Source: Paraspadella gotoi
Lineage: Eukaryota > Animalia > Chaetognatha
DNA: 64,000 bases
NCBI GenBank assembly: GCA_051294375.1
Contig: CM119264.1
Location: 27,167,340-27,231,339, forward strand
Reading direction: 5' to 3'
Below the pieces are notes generated by a model. It was not told the DNA's origin and ran no database searches. It worked only from the letters and a program-made list of their open reading frames with translations. Shown here piece by piece: positions 57,616 through 64,000 of this stretch. Each line of letters opens with the position of its first letter. Positions within the stretch are counted from its first letter, which is position 1. Both the position numbers and the translations under genes were made by a program.

Positions 57616-59151
57616 ATGAAGGTTATCGAGTTCGTCGCTCTCATCGTCGTTTTCGTCGTCGTCGGGCAGGGGGCCAACCTTGAAAAAGTAAGGGCAAAGC
57701 AGAAGGTAACCTCGGATAAGGAGATATGTCACGTTATTACGGTCAGGGTAAGTTTTGTGTCGAATTATCGACCACTCGATCTGCAGCAGGAGCAAGACGC
57801 CGCCGACGTTAAGAACTTCAAGGGCGGCTTCACAAAGAAATGGCTTCACCTTGGTTTGGATCGTCTCCGACAACGTGACCAGAGAGTGAGAATGAATGTC
57901 AATGTGAATGTGAATGTGAAAATGAGAATAGGAATGAAAGTAAGACTGAGAATCAGAGCAAGAATGAAAAGGTGATTAAGAATGAAAGTGAGATTAAGAA
58001 CGAGAGAGAATGTGAGAGAATGTGAGAGAATAGAAATGAGAGTAAGGGCAAAGCTTTGGATCAAGAGATTGGTTACTTCATTATGGTCAGGATATGGTTT
58101 TAGTCATTTATCGGCCTCTAATTCTGCAGCGGGAGCAAGATTTCACTGACGAAGGGACAACTGAAGGCAAGGAAGCCGACGCCAAGGCAAACGACGCTGG
58201 GAATGCAAAGGCGGCCTTTTCTAGGACTTTCAACATTCCCCTTGGTCCCCGACAACTCCACCAGAAAGTAAGAATAAGAATGATATCGAGAATGAGAAGG
58301 TGGGACAGAATGAGAATCTAAATGAGAATAAGGGTAAAGCTGTGAGGTGGCTTTGGATCAAGAGATTGGTTACTTTATTATGGTCAGGATAAGGTTTTAG
58401 TCATTTATCGGCCTTTAATTCTGCAGTGGGAGCAAGATTTCACTGACGAAGGGACAACTGAAGGCAAGGAAGCCGACGCCAAGGCAAACGACGCTGGGAA
58501 TGCAAAGGCGGCCTTTTCTAGGACTTTCAACATTCCCCTTGGTCCCCGACAACTCCACCAGAAAGTAAGAATAAGAATGATATCAAGAATGAGAAGGTGG
58601 GACAGAATGAGAATCTAAATGAGAATAAGAGTAAAGCTGTAGGTGGCTTTGGATCAAGAGATTGATTACTTTATTATGGTCAGGATAAGGTTTTAGTCAT
58701 TTATCGGCCTCTAATTCTGCAGCAGGAGCAAGATTTCACTGACGAAGGGACAACTGAAGGCAAGGAAGCCGACGCCAAGACAAACGATGCTGGGAATGCA
58801 AAGGCGGCCTTTTCTAGGACTTTCAACATTCCCCTTGGTCCCCGACAACTCTACCAGAGAGTGAGAATCAGATTGATATTAAGAATGAGAGTGAGAAACT
58901 ACGTCTCGATGAGATTCAAAATGATATTAAGAATGATAATAAAAGCGAGAATGAAAAGGTGAGTCGGATTGAGGTTGAGAAACAGAATTTGAGTATGAAT
59001 GAGTATGATGGAAAACCTCAAATATCGAACCCAAATTATCGCAAATTATCATTTACAGTAACGAATTTATTGCGGTGGTATTTGCGAGACATCCAGCGAT
59101 TGCAATCCCGTTTGCTTCTGCGATGAAGCTTCGCACATTTGCTTGGCTTGA
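57616..59151 (+). CDS. Toxin-like cysteine-rich prepropeptide; exons 57616-57687, 57787-57885, 58130-58267, 58427-58564, 58723-58860, 59059-59151
   Basis: Signal MKVIEFVALIVVFVVVGQG. All introns are GT-AG phase 0. Last exon reads (TAA)RIYCGGICETSSDCNPVCFCDEASHICLA*. AATAAA lies ~55 nt downstream. Confidence 0.75.
58050..58890 (+). repeat. ~297-bp tandem repeat x3, each unit holding one 138-nt exon
   Basis: Acceptors CTGCAG end at 58129, 58426 and 58722. Units are nearly identical. Confidence 0.95.
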
Positions 59152-61281
59152 TATAATTTTTTTTTCTCGTTTATTACTTATTTTTACAAATAATTTTTTT
59201 TGATAAATAAAAAAATTATATTATTGAATTTGTTCTGTGTTTTGAGGATTAATTTAAGTGATTTTGAGGGGTTCCTAAAATATAAATTGATTAATAAAAA
59301 AAAATGAAACAAAACGAAAACAAAAAGTCAAAGTTGAACTTCAAAATGAGATGTCTCATTGTCTCCCATGCCATAGTATTTTAAACGTGTTTGTACGTTT
59401 GTACGTTTGTACGTTTGCTCCGTACAGACCGTACTATCTACAATCATGTGCTACTATAGAGTGAAATTTTTTTTTGAAGACGAAAAGTCCTAAAAACATG
59501 TCGGATCAAATTAATTAATTAATTTATTACTTTAAAATTTAATTAACTTGAATTAATTAATTGATTAATTGACTAATTAATTAACTTTAATTAATTAATT
59601 AATTAATTAATTACCGCTTAATGTTTAAAATTGTTTATATTCATTATGGTTCCTGATAAATTCTTTCGTCATTTGTCATAAAAATAGACGTATTTTTTTT
59701 GTTTTATTGATCTTTTTTTTAAATTTACGTTCGATTTAAAAATCGACGTCCGTTCCCCAATTCCAACTTTGAAATATGCTATTTATTTCACTTTATAAAC
59801 TTATCTGTTCTTTTAAATATAAAGCAAAAAGTTTATTTTGAGATGACGAATGATCTTAAATATATAAACTTGAAAAGGGATTTTTCCTTCCGTCATTTTG
59901 ACGTTTTCCAACAACTTTGCAACCAGCGAGTAATTAACTTTACACAGATGTTATAACTCAATCCGGCCGAAACAAAGCAAAGAACTTAATATAAAAGCTG
60001 ATTAAACGTCAAGCCACGTGAGCCGTCAAGGGCGCGACTTGGCGAACGGGCGTTCACACTTCGTTCTCTGCAGTCGGCCCTAATCGTCTCGTGTGCATCT
60101 GGCCATGTGCGCTATAACGATGACGAGCGTGTACCTCTGTACCTCATCTTGGGCCTACAGTCTTACACCTGGTCTCCTCCGCGTGCAACAACTTATCATG
60201 TGCGCGCACTGGGTCACGTGTATCATCTGGTCACGTGCCATCACAGATGGAGCGAAAGGCAAAACTGCGAATTCCTGAGTTTCGGTTTATGAGAAGAATA
60301 AACGAAAAACATCAGAGCTTCACCGCGACGACGACGACGACGACGACAACGATGACGACGACAACGTGGACGATGATGACAACGAAAACGTGGGGGGATA
60401 ACAACAACAATGACGATGAAGATGTGAGAAAGGATGGACAAGGCTAACGACGACGACTAAATAGCAGAAACGTGAACTTTGTTTAGTAAATAATGATAAT
60501 GTTTTTAAAAAATGAACAGATACTAATGACGACGGAGAAGTAGAAGAGAACGAAAATAATGACAAAGACGTTTGGATATTTAGGTCGACTTCTTTATATA
60601 TATCTTTATACCTTATAATTTACTTTTTAATTAAAAATTTATAACTAGATTAGTGGATCATATCATTATGAAGAAGGTCCTTAAGTTAAGCATCATTGAC
60701 GCGACTTTGCAAGTATTCGTCCTGTTTAATACGGAAAGCGTTAAGCCTCTGTTTAACAAACATTGACCCGGCCCTGATTCGAAACGCATTGGCCCGAATT
60801 GGATTCGTGTCGACAACCAATGACTCTCGCATTTGGATCACATTTGTTTTAACTACAGAATCTCTGTTTGTTCCCGTTTCTGCCGGTTGGGGGCACCAAG
60901 CGCAACCAATCCACATCCTGCAATTCACCCCATATATAACCATGTACTAACAACGCCCCAAACCACCTACGATACAAAAGTATTATCTTTGTTTCTTTCT
61001 AAATCTGCATGCTTTTGAAAGCGAGTCACACCACCCGGATGTAAATCTTATATAACATTCTAATCGTTTTTCTGATATTTATTTAATCGAAATACGTCGA
61101 AGAAAATAATTTTGTAGATAAAAATATTATAAATTTTGCGAAATTTGATGAAAATGTTGAAATTGAGCAGTTTGCTTTTCTGCGACGGAAAAATACAGAG
61201 ACGTAACATTTTTTTACGATTTTTTTTTGTCTTATTGGGGGAAGAGTATGAAGGTTTAATTTGGCTCAGGAGACGTTGCTT

Positions 61282-61410
<129 letters not shown>

Positions 61411-61624
61411 CTCTTTCTCTCTCTCTATCTCTCCCGCTTGCTCTCGCTCTTTTCCTCTCCGAGCAATGGCCAAAAAAATGGACAGAGAACGAAATAAAAA
61501 TCAATTCTGGGGCTCGAAGAAGTAGAAGAAGTAAAAGAAGAAAAAGAAGAAGAAGCAGGAGAAGAAGAAGAAGAAGAAGAAGACGCTCTCAGGCTGAGAC
61601 GGATTCGTTCGCGCGTCCCGGGAT

Positions 61625-62160
61625 GGAATCGCACGCTCGCAAGTCACGCGCCAAAATCACACACTTGCGGGTCACGCGCCAAATTCGCACTCTCGCGGCT
61701 AACGCGCCAAATTCGCACATTCGCAGATCAAGCGCAAAAATCAAAATACTTCCCAAAACTGGATATTCGTGGGTTACTTGACAATATCATGTTATGTGTT
61801 TTATTAAAAAATCATTTGCTTATAAGTCATGCCCAAAAACTGTAAAATACTGTAGAATGTACCAGGTAATACACCAAAAATGCAAATTTGTGCAGCAAAC
61901 CCAAAAATTTTTATTCGCATTGCAGGCATCAAAATAATTGACAAACTTAAATAGGTCACGTGAGATAGCTTCACCAATAGAAGCACAAACTGGCACAATC
62001 CAAGGACGCAAAAAAAAAAACCGGGCACGCGACAAAATCTCACGATTAAAAGCACGTACTAAAATCTCACGCGCCAAAAATCGCACGCCGAAAAGCACGC
62101 GCCAAATTCTCGCGCTCCAAAATCTCACACGCAAAGGTCCCTCTGAAACTCGCGCGCCGG
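61625..62160. repeat. Two degenerate arrays of CACGCGCCAAA(A/T)TC units (61625-61742, 62020-62160)
   Basis: Motif recurs about 10 times. Confidence 0.65.
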
Positions 62161-64000
62161 AAACCGCAAAACGGGAGCGTCACGCTAACCGAATCTTCAG
62201 TTGCAAGAGAAAGAAAAACTGAGCTGAAGAAATTGATATTGATATTGAGCGTTTTTTCAAGATATCTCATGTTTCACTATATAAATAAATGTTTTGTTTT
62301 AACGCGGTTCGTCATATTTAAAATATAATTTCAATTTTATTCAATAACAAAAAAATTATCATAAAAAATAATTTTTAAAGACAAGAAAAGTCGGATGAAA
62401 AAAAAAATGTAATCCGTTTTTGAGGCCGAGATGGAGGCGTCTTCGGACGAGAGAGCGAATGAGCTTACGAGAGAGAGAGGGAGAGACACCGAGCGACCGA
62501 GCGAGAGTGCGAGCGATATGAGGAATTACCGCGGGACGTTTGCGCCGAGAGGGCGCGCGTGTCTTTCGAGTCCAGAGGCTCTGGCAGAGCTCTGGCAGAG
62601 CGCACGTACCGTTTCACGATCCCACGGCACCTGCGTAGTTTCTTTACAAGCTCTGGCTTTATTTTTTTTTTTCCCCCAACACGAACGCGCGCGTACTTTT
62701 AGTGAGGTGTCCGTGTTTTCGCGGGAAACTTTTCCTCAAAACATAAAAACCTCTTTCGCTGTCGAGAAGAGAAGGAAACGTTGAGCTTAGGGGATCTGCG
62801 GCCGGGGCGTCGCTGAAGGCAGAGACTCGTTTCTTGTGGAAAGGCTCGACCGATGACCCCTGAGCCGCATGGGTGAGGACGGGATCTCTGAAAGACTGCC
62901 GGTCAACGCGCTCGATCCCGATATTAGACTAAATTAGACTAAATTTTAGAACGAATTAGTTTATTATATTTCTTAAATTAAATTAAATTTAATAATATTT
63001 TTTTCATATTTTATAATATAATGGGCTCAGGGATGTTAGTGTTGTCTTCTGTAAATTGATGGAGCATCTTTACAACACAAAGTTAAAATTACTTTCTGCC
63101 CTGGCAGAAAAATCAAAGGTGTCAAGGGAATAATTTGGGATTAAGGTTAAGGGGTAATACTACTATAATGTGCTGATTGCCAACCATTAGAGGCTTTTAA
63201 ATCGCCTCTTGCCTTTTCTGTATACGTAACTGAGTGTAAGGGTTAAGTTAGTCTACGTAGAATGGGAGCGAAAAATATGGGATGGGATAAAGAAAAATCT
63301 CGTTTGGTAAAAATTTAAAAAAACGAATGTCCTGCGAGGGGAAAACAAGAAGTGACTTTGTATTCTGCTCACGACTACAAGACAAATTCATGATTCGAAA
63401 CAGAAAAAGTTTCAAATAACGCAACTAATAGCTTTTGTTTTTTGTTTGTTTTGTTTGTTTTCCTGTTAGAGCAAATCAAAATCAACAGAAAATTGTAGAT
63501 CGATTGATATCTCTTTTTCTCTCTCGTTCTTATTTTCTCCTCTTCTTTTCTATTCTTTTCTCCTCTTCTTCTCTATTCTCTTCCATTCCCAAACTCAAAA
63601 TATTTACGAGCTCATAATAAGAAGTCAACGTTGGTGTCGCCTTTTTCTCGACCGCGGGATCTCGAATCCTTTTTCTCTTTATCCCAGGATTCATCATCGC
63701 TTTCTTTCGTCGCCGCCGAACCACCATTTTACCACCAGACTCAGTTTTACAAGCATTTTCGAGTGCCTTGTCCTAAATGAAATGGAAAGTGTTAACTGCT
63801 AAATGATTCGTGCTGTGAAAAGGGCTTAGTGTTAATAATGTTTAAAGATACGTACTAGTGGCTCACGTCGTTGAGTTCTTTAATCATTGAAAATTAACTC
63901 ATAATACATAATACTAGTTGCTATTGTCATCGTCCTAAGTTTTGTTTTTTTTAATATCTTTCCTAGGCTACACATGCAGGCAATCTCAACTAGATGAAAA

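Noticed and set aside
59990-61020. Possible gene in the GC-richer islands
   Set aside because: No consistent reading frame or recognisable motif could be assembled. Left unannotated.
63530-63727. Minus-strand ORF MVVRRRRKK... with a possible donor
   Set aside because: Plausible first exon, but no downstream exon or homology could be supported.

Overview
Eukaryotic (very likely invertebrate animal) genomic DNA from an error-prone, gapped assembly. It has AT-rich, microsatellite-laden introns and intergenic DNA, and GC/CpG-rich exons joined by GT-AG introns. There are no prokaryotic features or CRISPR arrays. Spliced genes rebuilt by hand: (1) a divergent aspartate aminotransferase-family enzyme, (2) a BTB-BACK protein carrying two ubiquitin-like domains, (3) a JHAMT-like SAM methyltransferase directly downstream of (4) a kynureninase with a ~120-aa insertion, (5) several secreted Thr/Tyr/Gly-rich proteins, (6) a type I membrane protein with an ITIM-like tail, (7) low-complexity multi-exon genes, and (8) a toxin-like prepropeptide. 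The last has tandemly duplicated pro-exons and ends in a 6-Cys peptide with P-conotoxin-like spacing that the ORF track misses. Mobile DNA includes a foldback element, a nested 2.2-kb TIR element, MITEs, tRNA-derived SINEs and a CCA-bearing tRNA-Leu fragment. The best leads are a possible kynurenine/anthranilate-modifying gene cluster and the cystine-knot toxin gene. Two large inverted duplications and most frameshifts look like assembly artefacts. All homology calls come from remembered motifs, not database searches.
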